From Lepidodermella squamata (Eukaryota > Animalia > Gastrotricha): a DNA stretch of 64,000 nucleotides. The translations under genes and the position numbers were made by a program. This document shows, piece after piece, positions 13,612 to 26,838 of this stretch (position 1 is its first letter; the number at the start of each line of letters is the position of its first letter). The notes below the pieces were generated by a model. It was not told the DNA's origin and searched no databases. It was given only the letters and a program-made list of their open reading frames with translations. The DNA lies in the NCBI GenBank assembly GCA_047495785.1, contig JBLDXI010000024.1:558001-622000 (forward strand), in the 5' to 3' direction.

Positions 13612-16535
13612 TCATAGCATCATGCTCTGTCGTCTTTTCGAGGACGAGCGATTGCCATTCGACGATGCGTTAAGCCGGTGGCCAGGATCCCTGTGCAGCT
13701 TTACATCCGGACAGTTGAATATAGAATCAACTAAATTGAAAGATAATGAATTAATGACGCCATAATGTATAAGTATAAAGCGCTTACTATCTGAAAGGCT
13801 GTATATTTCGGAGCTGAAGTTGTTGAAATACGTGTGTCGCATTCCATCAAACGCTGAAATTCGTTGTTTTGCGTTGTAGTCGAGCAGTTTCATCATCAAA
13901 TGGAGACCCTCAGGTTCTAACCGCGGCACAAGAGAGGATAGAGACTCGGGGTCCATTTGTGGAAAATTGTACGACGCGAATTCAGTGTTTTTGCTTATTC
14001 CCGGCCAATCACTCTCTGTTGGCGTTCCCAGCAATTTGAAAATAAGGTATAGCTGATCGTCGACGGTTTGGCCGGGGAACATGGGCCGACCGCTGGCCAT
14101 TTCGTAAAATATACAGCCGACGCCCCACATGTCGATGTGAGATGAATAGTCAGTAGAGCCGAGAAGAACATCGGGAGGGCGATACCATAAAGTAACGACT
14201 TCGTTGGAGTATGTTTTAGTAGGCACAGACTTCGCTCGGGCCAGCCCAAAATCGGCAAGCTTTAGCTCCCCTGTTTTGTTGATAAGAAGGTTTTGCGGCT
14301 TGAGATCTCTATGTAGCACTTTTCTTTTGTGACAATAGGCAAGGCCTCTGAGCAATTGAAAGAGAAACAGCTTCACATTGTGCATCGACAAAATGTTCCC
14401 ACATTCCTCCATATACTGTTTAAGGTCACTTTCGAGGTATTCAAAAACAAGTGTTAGCGACCGTTCTGTAACAGAAAATTACATTTTGATTATGTCTGAT
14501 TATATGACGTCTAGAACTAACCAGTGTGGATAATGTCATGAAGAGTAACAATATTAGCGTGTTTCAAGTCTCGTAGTAGCGAGACTTCTCGAATAGCGGT
14601 GCACGGAGCACCTTCTTCGTGCTCGAGGCGGATTTCTTTAAGAGCAACCAGAGCATCCGTTAGAAGACTTTTGCCCTTGTAAACGGTCGCGTAAGTTCCC
14701 TCGCCGAGTTTGTCCAGCTTGATGTACGATTCAATTTTACCGAACCCAAGCTCCGACTGGAAATGACATGAAAACAACAAATATCAAATCAATTCAAAAT
14801 CTCAATTTTAGAATAATTGAAAGTTTTAACGTCACGAGATTCGGAGCGACGAATTCAATCAGATTACGACGTTAAAAAAGCTTTTCAGGCTATCAGACCA
14901 TTTTTAAATTCAAAAATTCAAATTCAATGTTTAAATTTTAATAAATACCAGGTCAGCTGTAGATCGCGAGGCGTAAAAGTAATGCAGTTGGACCCAAACA
15001 AAAACTAAAAGCGCTACCGCAAAATCTTCCACTCCATTTCTTCAAAATTTCGCTCTTTTTCAACATATTAAGATTAAGGACAAGATAGGAATACCTAGTA
15101 AATTCACTTTGGCTCCCGTAGTTGATTATCTGTTGCATCTTATTCGCTCAAATGCCAGCCGTATGATACTGGTGAAAAATCAATGACCACTACAAGAGGC
15201 GAGACCAAAGCCAGAAATCGATAATGACTCACTGATCATAAACTACGATGAACAAATGAGACATGACAGATAAATGCGTCAGCGTACTCAGTATATATCT
15301 AAAGACTTAAAACGCTACTATATTTTGATCGTAGCATTTATGGCGGCCATAATTACATCGATGGAAGGATAGAGCCTGTGCACGAAAGGCGCAGAACGTC
15401 TTAAAAACAATCGATTCATTAGCAATAATACGAAAAGCTTGCGCCCCCTTCAAATATTTTGCGCCACCCGAGAATAAAAATCCTTTGCCAATCGCATAAC
15501 TGAAGATGGTCAATCGGAATAACCTCAAAACATATTGCCAAATGAAACGCATTAACTGTTAAAAACGCAGAAGATCAAACGCGGCATTATGCAAATTCCG
15601 ATGCAGATTATTACAGCAAAAGAATGGAAGTTCTTACCAAAGACTCGCGCCGCATTCTTCTCGATAGAGGCTTTTCCATGAGACCGAGGGTTTCGAATTG
15701 CTGTATGAGATAATCTGGTAGCTGCATATCCGCTGGCAAGGACAGTCGCTTGGCCAACTCCTATACAGAGCAAAAGCAATAAGTAATAAGTTATACTTCA
15801 ATGCTTTGTTTTTTTCAATAGAATAAATATTGATTCAATGATATGAAAAGCAAATAGTTATGCTGAAATAATGACCGAAATCATGTATGAAGGGCTTAAA
15901 ACATCTATTCTATTAATTCTCATCGATGGCTTAGCATCATCGATCGAAAGGGCAGTAATACAGGTGAATGGACCTAAGGATGACATTCAGGAGATACGCT
16001 AAAACATAGCCCTGCTCATAAAATTACCTGTTGTGAAAGACGCCGTCGCAAATTGTTTTTCGACCTCCTACGTACAGCAGGCTGAAAAAAGCCATCATAC
16101 ATAGTTTCGGAAGTCCGCAGTTCCGGTGGTCCTTCATTCAATTCGTCAATTACAGCAATAGCAGCAGAAGTGGAATGAGTTGGGTGCACATCATCTGCTT
16201 GGGTCTCAGGTACGGCACCTAAATCATCCAAAGTAACACACGCATACCAAATAACACAAGCTCTTTACTCAACGAAGTGAAGACACTCCTCGACCGTTTC
16301 ATGAAACTCAGCTTACTAGAATCTGGATTTACATCTATGTAATGTGGTGGATGGCCTGCAATGGCATAAAACGATATTTACAAACAATCAGGAGCTGTTT
16401 TTGCAGAGACCCACCATTCAAACCACTGGTATCGCTACCAAATTGGCTCGCAGAGAGATTCGTCGTACTTACTGACTTACGATGAAATAATACCGTCAAC
16501 CGCCGTTTCAACTTTTTGAGGGGTGACGACATCAT
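13612..16535 (-). CDS. CDK17: PCTAIRE-family cyclin-dependent kinase (CDK16/17/18 co-ortholog), multi-exon
   Basis: [63 protein letters not shown]; extra exon 15638-15760 ([23 protein letters not shown]) joins SELGFGK; N-terminus LKKLKRRLT. Confidence 0.93.
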
Positions 16536-19500
16536 TTATCAAGATTAAACTCGAATAAAAACCTAGGAAATTAAGAAAAACTTGAAGATATTAAATCAAA
16601 GATCGTTCCATTGATGATATTCAGCGGACATCTTAAGGTGGAAATGTCACGTTTAATAATGCCCAATAGAAAATGGTGGATATATATAAATTTCTTCGCG
16701 GGTGCAAAGCACAATTCAGCCCGAATAGGTAGGTGCCGAAAGACCATGAGTTGTGCAATGGAGGAAATGGTGAATGGTGAAAAGCGTGAGGGTCCTCCCC
16801 TTTCATTAACAGAACAAGGCGCAAGGCTCTCGGAGCTCCAAGCATAAGGCGTCGGTCGGCTGTGGGGACGTTGGACAAGGTGCAGTCAGGGTCCATTTTA
16901 GGGGTGAAAACCGGGGGTGTTCGAGCACTTCTACTCATCCCGTATCTCCGCCACTGGCAACTGGCATTGCGAAAATGCACGCCATCGCCTGTTTGAGTAA
17001 TAATAATAATTCGATTTTCATATCAACCCAAATCTCAAAGATGCGAGGATCAACAGCGACCAGTTCTAGAACCCTAACCAGGCAGAACTAATGAAGGACT
17101 TCAACAGTGAGCGGCAAGACTTGTAGCTCTAAACGTCCAGGCAGATTTCAGGCATGCTTCGTATGTCTCCATCCCTCCATTATTCCAGATTTCAAATTTC
17201 GGAAGGACTATTTGCAAGGATCTCATATTTTATTGTAGTCATTCATTTAAGAGTCAAGAGCCATTCGCGCAATAGAGTTATATTATAAAGCTCGAAAACT
17301 GTCGTAATGTAATCCAAAGGAGCTAATATGGTTCTATTTACATTATTCAGCGACAGCTAAACATCAAATTTGTAACGTTGAAGCTTTGTGCTCGAGACGC
17401 CGCCAAATTGCTCAATTAAAGGTGTTTTGTTGCTATATTCATTAGTTCATCCATGCAAGTGATAATCTGCTACATATGTGTAAAGACAGCGCCTAGATCA
17501 TAGGCGGCATCATGAGATGGTAAAGATAAATAGGGCAATGCGCCATGATCCACTAGACGTCTTTGGCCCACAAGGTGCTTCTGACTTCAGATTCCTAATT
17601 TCAAAATGTCCCCGAGAACGGAGAAGGGCCAGATGCCATATTGCCCTATAAATTCAAAGACCTTGGCGCCATGCCTCATTCAAAGCTCCAGAAAACATCG
17701 AAATCTGACAAGTAATAGGAATTGGTTTTTGGTTCCATCTGAATACGAATCATAAATCGGCTATTCAATTGACGCGCCTCTAATAGCGAATTTGAAAAAT
17801 GAACTTAAATAATGCTTTGGAATGAAATTCTGCCTTTTGTTGCACAAGAAAAATGAATGCGAAATCTTCAGCAGTCTAAGCAGAGGGGAGAGGCCGGGGC
17901 GGCATGGCAACCCACCGTAAGCGCATGGAACATGACAGGCAATTTCGTGCGTCGGCTGGACTGGCGTAACTTCCTTAAGAGCGACTAATTACGATGCCCC
18001 TTCCCGCAGCCCACGAACTGGTAAAGCTTAAAGATTAGGATGTAGGACATTAGCAACGCAGAGACTGGGGACTGAGTCGAAGCTTGGATTTCGGTTTGGT
18101 TGGGCTTCCGCCTTGAACCTGATAAAGAAACACCCCGGAAACTTGATCCCAGACCTCAATGTAACCCCCGATCAAAATTTATTAATCCAACTCTATCGTT
18201 CTACAATATAATGTAATTATGAAATTTAATTGAAACGTCAATTTTGTTTTGAAATGAACGGTGAAAAATATAAGCGCTAAATTTGTATGAACGCGCATTT
18301 CATTTTTTCTGGCTGGTTTTTTGCCATTTTTTTCGAAGATCACTCGTTTTCAGCTGTGGACAGATGTATGAAGTGGACGCCTGAGAATCGTCTAAGAAGC
18401 AGGATTAATTGGGACACTGAGTGATTTCTCTCTCTGTCTCTGTCGATAGATTGTGGATGTATGGATTCATAATGTACTTGGGCATCGATTTGATAATTTA
18501 TAACCTGAGAGTCATCTCCGCCGTGGCGATTTTTTTGTGCGAAGAATTATGCGAAAGATGGATTAAGTATACATTAGGCTTGTATTTGTGAATATGATTG
18601 TGTTACCCATCTGGCAACCATTCGTTTAAACCTAAAACCTCATGAAAGCTGTTGTTGTTCATGAAAGCTAGGAACTGGGACATCTTATTTATTGGCATAT
18701 GGCCAGAGAAATGAATTATAATTGAGCCCTGAAAATAATAAACGCTGTCTAAAGCCTCTTCTCGACTGAATCGTCCCAATTGTTTCCGGTTTTAAAGAGG
18801 GCGAAGGCAGAAGGCAGATGAGGCATGATCATCGCCCTCCCCAAGATTCCGCTTTTTCATGAGGTTCGAAACTGTCAACTTTCAATCAAGTTAACAAGCT
18901 TGCATCCTTCATCTTTTTTCAACTGATTCACATTTCAAATATTGAAAGTCAGGAATAAAGTTTATTTCGCCGGATTTTTCCCTTGGGTCTTGCTTCTCAC
19001 TGACATTTAAGCTCGCGATTTTCTCATTAGCTCCGCCTTATGGCGAAAGCTTAAGTCCGGCAGGGCGAGGATAAATCTTAATTCCTGATCCAACTTTACA
19101 AATGTAGGTACTCGATTACTCGATTAGCACCAAGCGGAAGCCTCGTGGAATTAAGTCTAAAGTTGAAAAATAACCTAAGATACCTATGCCGTATGATTAG
19201 GTCAAAAGGCTATTATGAGAACGGCTTTCTAAACACAGCTTACACCTGGATGCTGGATACGATCTCCTCCATCTAGAAAAACCTATTGCATTTCAGGCAC
19301 CAAGCATTACATCTGACCGTTCCAAATGAGATTTTACCCACAACTGAGATGCGTATGTGTAACTCATGACATACTACGATCGCAATACCTTTCTAAATTC
19401 CAGCGCATTTCTAAATTCCAGAACGCATATGAGTTTGCTAGCATCGCTTATAATGTCTAATGCCTCAAGTTTCGCCAACCTCCCTTTCGAATTATTTGAC

Positions 19501-20210
19501 AATTATTGACTGCATAATCCGGCTCAGTGCGCTGTAAAATTTAATATTTATCAAAATATATTTTGATAGGAAAATCGATCAATCAGAGAATATTATGAAA
19601 TCTAAGACCTGAGACTCAATTGTTTCAATGGCCGTGTCTTTCAACGCTTTCAAAAACTCGAAAATATAAGCTTAATGACACTTCCACTAAAAATAAAAAA
19701 TCCATTGTTGACACTATCTGTTGCATGCTTGCGTCATTTTTTTGAGGATCCATTACAGATAAATAACTGGTAATTTTTCCCTTTGAAGTCTGTGGTCGAC
19801 GGGTCGACGTGAATGTTATGATAATGCCGAACGGCGCTCCTTTAGTAACGCAGGCAGCGTTACATCCAAGGTCCAAGTTTAATTTCCTCACTCTCAAACT
19901 GTAGCCCGGGCGTATAAAGCTCCAAGAGAAGTTCCAAGACTATGTGGCTTTCGAAGATAAAGTGAAAACTAAAGCAGCAATGAATGATTTGATTTATCAG
20001 AAAGTGAACACTATTTTATGCCTTCCGACTGTATAGCTGCTCTGGTTAGTTGCAGCATTACGGTATTCTCTTACTTTTCATGGAAATCTTGTTACTTGAT
20101 TTATTTTCTCGGTAATATTCTCATAAACCATTTTTTATGATTGCGTTTTAATGCTAGGTTTGCTTAATACGGCATTGCATCCAATATTCAAAAATATCCA
20201 ATATTCAAAA

Positions 20211-20823
20211 ATGTCTTACTGTGTCGACAAAGGTATTGCTTATCCTTTTTTGTTATTGTGTAATTGTAATAACGTATATTAATCTCTAGGAAAGGACAAA
20301 ATTTTATTCCTATCGAAAGAAGATGATACTCCCAGCAGCTATGAATTTGGCAAAGATGTCCTTCGACAACCCGACATTGATGACGAAGCCGATGGCGCTG
20401 GTATCTTCTTTGAAATTGTTTTTGCTCTTGGTTAGTACATTGTCTTTTATCTGAAAGGACTGATCCTCCCGAGTGGGGAAATAAATTGGAATTGCCCCTG
20501 TCTTGGTGGTTTGGCTGTCGGACCTTGTTCTGTCGAATTTCGTGATGCTTTCTCGTGCTTTCACAATAGTAAAGAGGAACTTAAAGGATCAGAATGCGTC
20601 GAAAAATTCCAAAAAATGTAATTATTCAAAATAATTAATAACAAGCTTGCTAATTTCTGTGTTGCCTAGGCATGATTGTATGGGTCAATATCCCGAACTG
20701 TACAGCAATTTCACTGAGCTGCCTTCCGACGACAACGAAGCCGAACAGCGACCTGACGACGGCGAAAACACTTCCGCTAACGCATCGACACAACCGAGCG
20801 ACCAAGACCAAGGAAAAAGCTGA
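20211..20823 (+). CDS. CHCHD4: Mitochondrial intermembrane-space import oxidoreductase Mia40, 4 exons
   Basis: Not in ORF track. [72 protein letters not shown]: CPC plus twin CX9C. Confidence 0.95.
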
Positions 20824-23028
20824 ACTTTACTACTTGATCTTTCAAGTTGCTAATATTTGCGTGTGTGCCATAAATGATACCTCTTGATTAGCAATCAAAC
20901 CCGAGTCAGAATTCAGAATAAATTTTACTGTGCCAATGTATTGCTTATTTTATTTATTAGAAAGAGAGAAAGTCATTAGCGGTCGTGCCCTGCGTGATCA
21001 GATTATTACCCTGACCCAACTCATAAAGCAGATGCTGAGCCGTTTGAATTCCACGATCAGTAATAAAACTTTCGTATGTGAGCAAGCATGATCAGGTATC
21101 TTAAAGTACCAGCCTGAAGGATATAATTTGGCCACACAGACTCAATGTATGACGCGGATTTTCCATTTCGACAGTAATGCACGTCACGCAATATCCATCG
21201 ATTGACGATGACGCGAGCGTCTTGCGGCTGAAAACGAACACGTAAACATAGCTTCCAACAAGAGCTATCCTCTCTAGCTTGTGTATTCATCCGGATGGGT
21301 TCTCAGCTGATGCAGCCCTACTTTACCGTGCTATAACGCGATGGGTACCGCTGCCAGCCGAAAGAAGGCGCGGCTTCTCCCGCGCGATTTCTTCGCACTT
21401 GCGGCAGGTGTGTCGGCTTGCTTGTGTGAACGAAGTAAATTACCGCCGCGCGCAGTAAATTATCGGCGGCGAGCAGGACCGCTAATGGCATCACGCGATG
21501 ACCGATCGAACCATTAGCGCAACGTGACTCAGTATGCGGTTGTTCACTTGTCGACTTGAGGCAAAATTTCCCGCATCACCTTGCATCAGCTACTATAAAA
21601 GCTCCGCTGCAGCCTAAATATTTGTCACTTTTATCTTCTCAAATTAGTCTCATACTAATTTTCTCTCTATCAGAACGAGTTTCCATTTTCTTGGCACTGT
21701 ACTGTTTACTGAGTTTATCTTTGATGCCGGATAATTCGGTTGGGCTTCTCAGTGGATGGCCAGTGCCAAACGAATGGACGCTATTTCATCTGATGAGCAA
21801 TGGAGAAAATGTTGTTGCATTTTACTTGAGCGAAACAAGGATTTTATTTTAGAACAATCAATTTCGAAATTATTTTGATCGATGCTCAATATTTATATCG
21901 TGGTAACGCAGTTGGAGCTTGAGACGCGTAGAAAATTTCTCATTAGAACAGTTGCTCACCGCGAGGGCAAGTATTTGTTGATATTGCAGGCATTCTCCCA
22001 TTTCCGCGTTTCCGCGGCGAATGATTTGGCTAGTATGTAATTATTTATTCGTCAACGGTAAGTCCTATAATGCTAAGAATTTTGGGCATCAAGCATCAAG
22101 TCATGGTGATGATTAGTTAGAGATTGGTTCAGTGTTCAGTGTATCATTTATTGACGCCAATCAGCAAACATTTTATAGTCGCATCGCAGCGCCGAATTTC
22201 CATATAACCTGCATGTGTAGTATTTTTTGGGGAAATTTTGACAAAATGAGCTTATGTTCCTTGTTACTACTGTATTTGTCCTGACAGTGGGATTTATCTT
22301 TTGGAAGTTGTTGCAAAGCATGTCGATATCGCGGTGATAGTGGTCGAACAAATTGCCGTAGTTGTTCGAAATTAGTTCCGCCAATATCACCGCGCGCTGT
22401 AATATCTGCATGTAACGCAGCCGGTTTGATCCTGCGTCGCTAATAAGGATATTTCCCATATTTCCGAATAATTTTTATATTTTTCAGTATCAAGTTTTCT
22501 GAGGTTGGTAGACACAGCAAATGAGTTATACCCTCAAATGTGTGCGTTTAGCCAGTTAGTTATACCTGCTGGGTACACGCAGCAACTTATAAGTACCTTT
22601 TCAGGCTTTTCAGGTGGTGCGCATAGCCTCGACCATAGTTTTTGGCTGAAATAAGTTGTTTAACCGTATAAAAAAAACTGAGAGCTCATTTTTGCGCTTC
22701 TAATTGGGCTTCCTTGGTTTGGGCTTGCTGGTAGGAAAGCCTGACATCGTTAGCTTCGCACCAAAAAGGAAAGTTTACTAAAAATAACTCCCACGTATGG
22801 ATACGGGATATTACGGTCGGTTCATAAAGTGTTCGAGATCATATTAAAATACTGTAGATTTACTAGGTATAATACGACACACTTCGACGTTCTACGGGTC
22901 TAAAGTAACGTGTTTTTAAAGATCGGTTCTTAAAATTATGGTTTTGGAGTGTAATTTTGTGGGGTGAAGACCGTTTTCCTTGCGATTTCGGCCAAATTTG
23001 CCCTTTTTGTTGTTTAAAAATTGAGCTG

Positions 23029-23090
23029 TTAACACTTTCACTGCGGCGGGCAAAAACTCCGGGGAGAATCGCCCGCAGCGAAAGTGTTAA
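23029..23090. mobile_element. Tiny piggyBac-type MITE (54 bp) with TTAA target-site duplication
   Basis: TTAA-CACTTTCACTGCGG...CCGCAGCGAAAGTG-TTAA; 13/14 bp terminal inverted repeat. Confidence 0.6.
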
Positions 23091-24906
23091 ACTGCTTAAA
23101 AACACTGTCTAAGGCGGTACCTAAATTGCCCTTTTGGCACGACTCTAACGACATATGGGACGGAAAAAATAATCAACTACACAAGAAAAAAAGCACGAAT
23201 TTAAGGGATGCACAACTTGTTATTAAAATAAATTCTACCTAATACATACCCATATGCGGTCCGCTGAATCAGAGGTTAACTCTGTATTGGAGGAGTTCAT
23301 TGAGGGGTTCAAAATTAATTATATTTCAATTTGTTGGCATTAGCGTAAATCCGAATTCGGACCTTCTTGCAATTAATGTAACTTGACAAAACACATCGTC
23401 GATAAACCGATAACCGATAACACAGTTTTGAATTCTTATTTCTTGAAATTCAGGTTGTATCAGGTTGTATCAGGCCGGTTGTATCAGGTACCAACTTAAC
23501 TGAGGTTCCGAGATCAGGTTAAAGGAACTAGAGTCAGAATTACTCCACCCGGGATTACCCGCCACCCAACGTTACTGTTACCTAATAGTTACATGGACGC
23601 CTTTTCTATTCTATTTATTAAACGCGGATGAACTTCTGCACATTTTCCAGCGAGTTGACATTCTTTCTTGTATACGATTCGGACTCGCCTGAGGTATTTT
23701 TATGCCAAAGGGATCTTGTTCGGACGGTTTTTATCTTACGGGTACGACGTCGTATTCGGAGAAAACGGTAATGACTCGTCGGTCCACCAAGAAAGTAATT
23801 GTGTCTGATCAGATCACGTATAGATTAAAATGTTGGTGAATTAAACTTTTTTGATCGCTTGAAATATTTCCGTGCATTCGTTGCACTCAGCGCTCAAATA
23901 CAACACACAGTAGACGTTGTTTGACTTTATATTTGAATGCAAGTAATCGCCCTAAATTTTCCGGAAATTTTGCTGGTACATTGACTCGCACTCCTGATTG
24001 TGTTCCACGGTACACCCCTACGGATGAGCGCCCCTCGAATTTATTTGTTATTTCAGCGCAACGCCTTTTGCTACACGAAGAATACGGGAAGTGAAAAAAG
24101 CACAGGAAGCCGCCAGCGTTACGACTTGCCTATGCAACTATTAGTTGTAAACATTTTTTCATGTTTTGTTTGTTCCGTAGTGGGGCAATTTTTCCAAAGA
24201 TGCTGTTTTCGAATGAGTGTAAAGAATAATGCCCTGAACTTGTTTTTAAATCATCGATCGGCGGGGCAAAACTTTATCGATCGATACTTCTATTGGTAGA
24301 GCCAATCCGGACCAAAGGGACTGACGTGGCCACATGACTATTTCTCCCGACGATTAATGCTCCGGAAATTTTGAATATGGCAAAAACTTGGGTAGTGGAT
24401 TCAAGCTTATTCTTCGCTTAGCAGTCGTCCGAACTACTGTCTATGAACCGGTTGTGAAAGAATTTTTCGCGGAAGTTCACGTCAGCGCCTTTGTTTTATT
24501 GAATGCTAAACAAAAATGTCATTGAACTCAAGAAACGCATGCAATTGTGCGTATCTCATCAGAAAAAAAGCAACATATTGGAATGAAAAGTGCACATTCG
24601 AGTATAATTGCCCGAATCAAGGGCTTCAGGAAGAATTAATTGTAAAGATAAGAAATAAGCTAGCACTAAAAAATTCAGCTCAAAGGCTGAGATGACTTTC
24701 TCCACGAGTATCATTATTTGGCTGATTTGGCACATTGTTTGGCTGAGCATCTGCGGCAGGTGTATGAGGATGAGAACTAAGCGCGCTTATTCCAAATTGT
24801 CTTGCAGTGCGTTGCTCAATACCGGCAACTTTCTCATTCAAGAATCGCACCATATTTACAACCTGTCAATAATTCCAAATTAACTAATTACTAATAAGTG
24901 CAAAGT

Positions 24907-26838
24907 TCATACGTCAGCATGATTGCTTGAGTGAAAGTTGTCAATGAAGTTTTCTTTGTTCCATTGCTCGTCATTGGAATCCAACATCCGAGAGAACCGT
25001 TGATGACCCTTGCAAAACTCTTCTATCCATGACTTCAGTTTCGCAATTTTGTCTTCCAGGCGCCTAAAAAGAATGCAGTGAAGAGCATATCTGATTTCTT
25101 CAATTTGTGCATACCTTCTCGCTTCAGCGCTGTCTCCCGTCGAAGCTTTCAGTTCATCAATAGCCTTTTTAGCATCTCGATATTTGTTCTTCAGCGAAAT
25201 TATTTTCCGCTCCAACTGAATTTCACAATGTCGATTCAACATGTTTGCTATAAAGTTAAAAGCCAACCTTCTCGACATATTCTGGCGGATATGCAGGCTG
25301 CAATGTCCGAGGGTTGTCGTCCGCCCGAGGAATCTTGACATATTACAGAAATAAATAAACAGAGCAATCGATAAATTATCATTTACCACAAAATTAGTCT
25401 GTTCCGGCCTGTTCCGAAGACGTGCTAACTCTTCCCTGTAATCAAAATTCATGAGGATTGAAAGGTAAAAGATAATTTCTCTAACTTGAGTGCTACGATT
25501 TCTAGCGAGAGACCGTCTCGCTCTTTCATCAATTGATCAACTCTGCCACTCCAATTATCCTTTGCATTTGCAAGCTTATCTTCATATGCGCGACAACGTC
25601 TTTCACAATCTTCCAGCTTAGCGTTTAGCTGCGAGCTGAATGAACAACAATTTAAGAAAACGTTAATTATCGCGGTGTTTTGTTAACATACAGTTGATCC
25701 TCCAATTGGGTTTTGATGCGAATAGATTCTTCCTGTATCAGCGACAGCTTCATCTGACATTCACGCTCTTTCTCAATGAGGCCGCCAGTTTTCTGATCCA
25801 GAGCATGACGTAAACTGTCGCGTTCTGCTTCGCATTCTAGAGTAAATTTATAAAAATATCAGGCAAGAAATGATAGCGTATAAACCACAAACCTTTCATT
25901 TGAAGCCTAAGCTCAGTACGCTCCCGTTCTGTAAGAGCACGTTCGTTTAAATACTGCAGTTTCGTGTTATTAAGCTCCATTGTATGATTGTGTGTCATTT
26001 CATCAATAATTGCTTGCAAATGGCCATTTTGACGTTCCAAGTCATGCACCCTGGAAGTAAGCCTTACGTTAGCTTCGCTCAAAGACGCGATTTCGCGAGA
26101 AAGCATGTCACTTTGCTGACGACAACAGTCGCGCTCGGCAATCAGAGCAGAGAGCTGACCATTAAGAGTCGTAACTTTTTTCGCCAGGTCACGCGAGTTG
26201 TTATTGCACTCGGCCTGAAGCTTTTGGTAGCTTGCAGTCAATTCCTCGTTCTCTTTTATCAAACCGTTCAACTTAAGACCGAGTTGACGGTTTTCTAAAT
26301 CCAGCTGGTGAATTCTTCTATTTGAATCCCCAATGCGTGATCTTTCGTCAGACATTAGGGCATCACGCTGTCTCTGAAGGGCGAGGGTCTCAGCTTCAAT
26401 GCGCTGGTGATATTCAGATTTAATTCTGTCAACAGCTTCCGTCATGCTAGAAAGCTCTCCTTTTAGAAAATCATTCTCTCGTCTTAGCTCACTTCGTTCA
26501 ATGGATAAAGCGTTCACTTGAGATAGCTGTTGTCTAACCTCCTCGACATATCTCCTCTCAACATCTTCAACAGCTCTGAGTTTTATCAGCTCTTCCGTTT
26601 CAGCCGTTATTATATGAGGGCGTAATAGCAGCAACTCTCGCTCCAACTCCTTGTTTTTTGCTTGAAGATGTTCAAGGTTGTTGCTGCACTCTGCTTGAGC
26701 CCCGGCCAGAGCATCCAATACTTGCTTGTATTCAGATTCAAGGTTACCATAATCAAGTTGGAGACGTTGGTGTTCCTCCTTCAATCTTCTGTATTGCTCT
26801 TTTAGTTTGGTTACATGGCACCACGGGTCTTCATCCAT
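24907..26838 (-). CDS. CEP83: Centrosomal protein of 83 kDa (CCDC41), multi-exon coiled-coil
   Basis: YRRLKEEHQRLQ, ELRRENDFLKGEL, HNHTMELNNTKLQ..ERERTEL resemble CEP83 segments; downstream exons 25450-25836 continue coiled coil to LKNKYRDAKK. Confidence 0.75.

Noticed and set aside
16780-18170. GC-rich patches upstream of the CDK gene (including TCTCCGCCACTG, a MITE-like end, and GCATGGCAAC)
   Set aside because: No matching partner end or TSD and no RNA family motif; could be promoter or decayed repeats.
20401-20457. CHCHD4 intron starting GTATCTT as a U12-type intron
   Set aside because: Deviates from GTATCCTT and lacks a TCCTTAAC-like branch point.
20972-21519. 7SK, telomerase RNA or RNase MRP identity for the structured segment (GATC..GATC pair, ACCCTGACCC, GAAAGTCA)
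   Set aside because: Internal TTTT runs on both strands argue against Pol III; no CTAACCCTAA template or clear pseudoknot; no P1-P3 helices before the GAAAGTC motif.
23452-23490. Short tandem duplications (GGTTGTATCA x3; also 19391-19430 and 20179-20212)
   Set aside because: Simple slippage duplications; no regular repeat-spacer structure, so not CRISPR-like.
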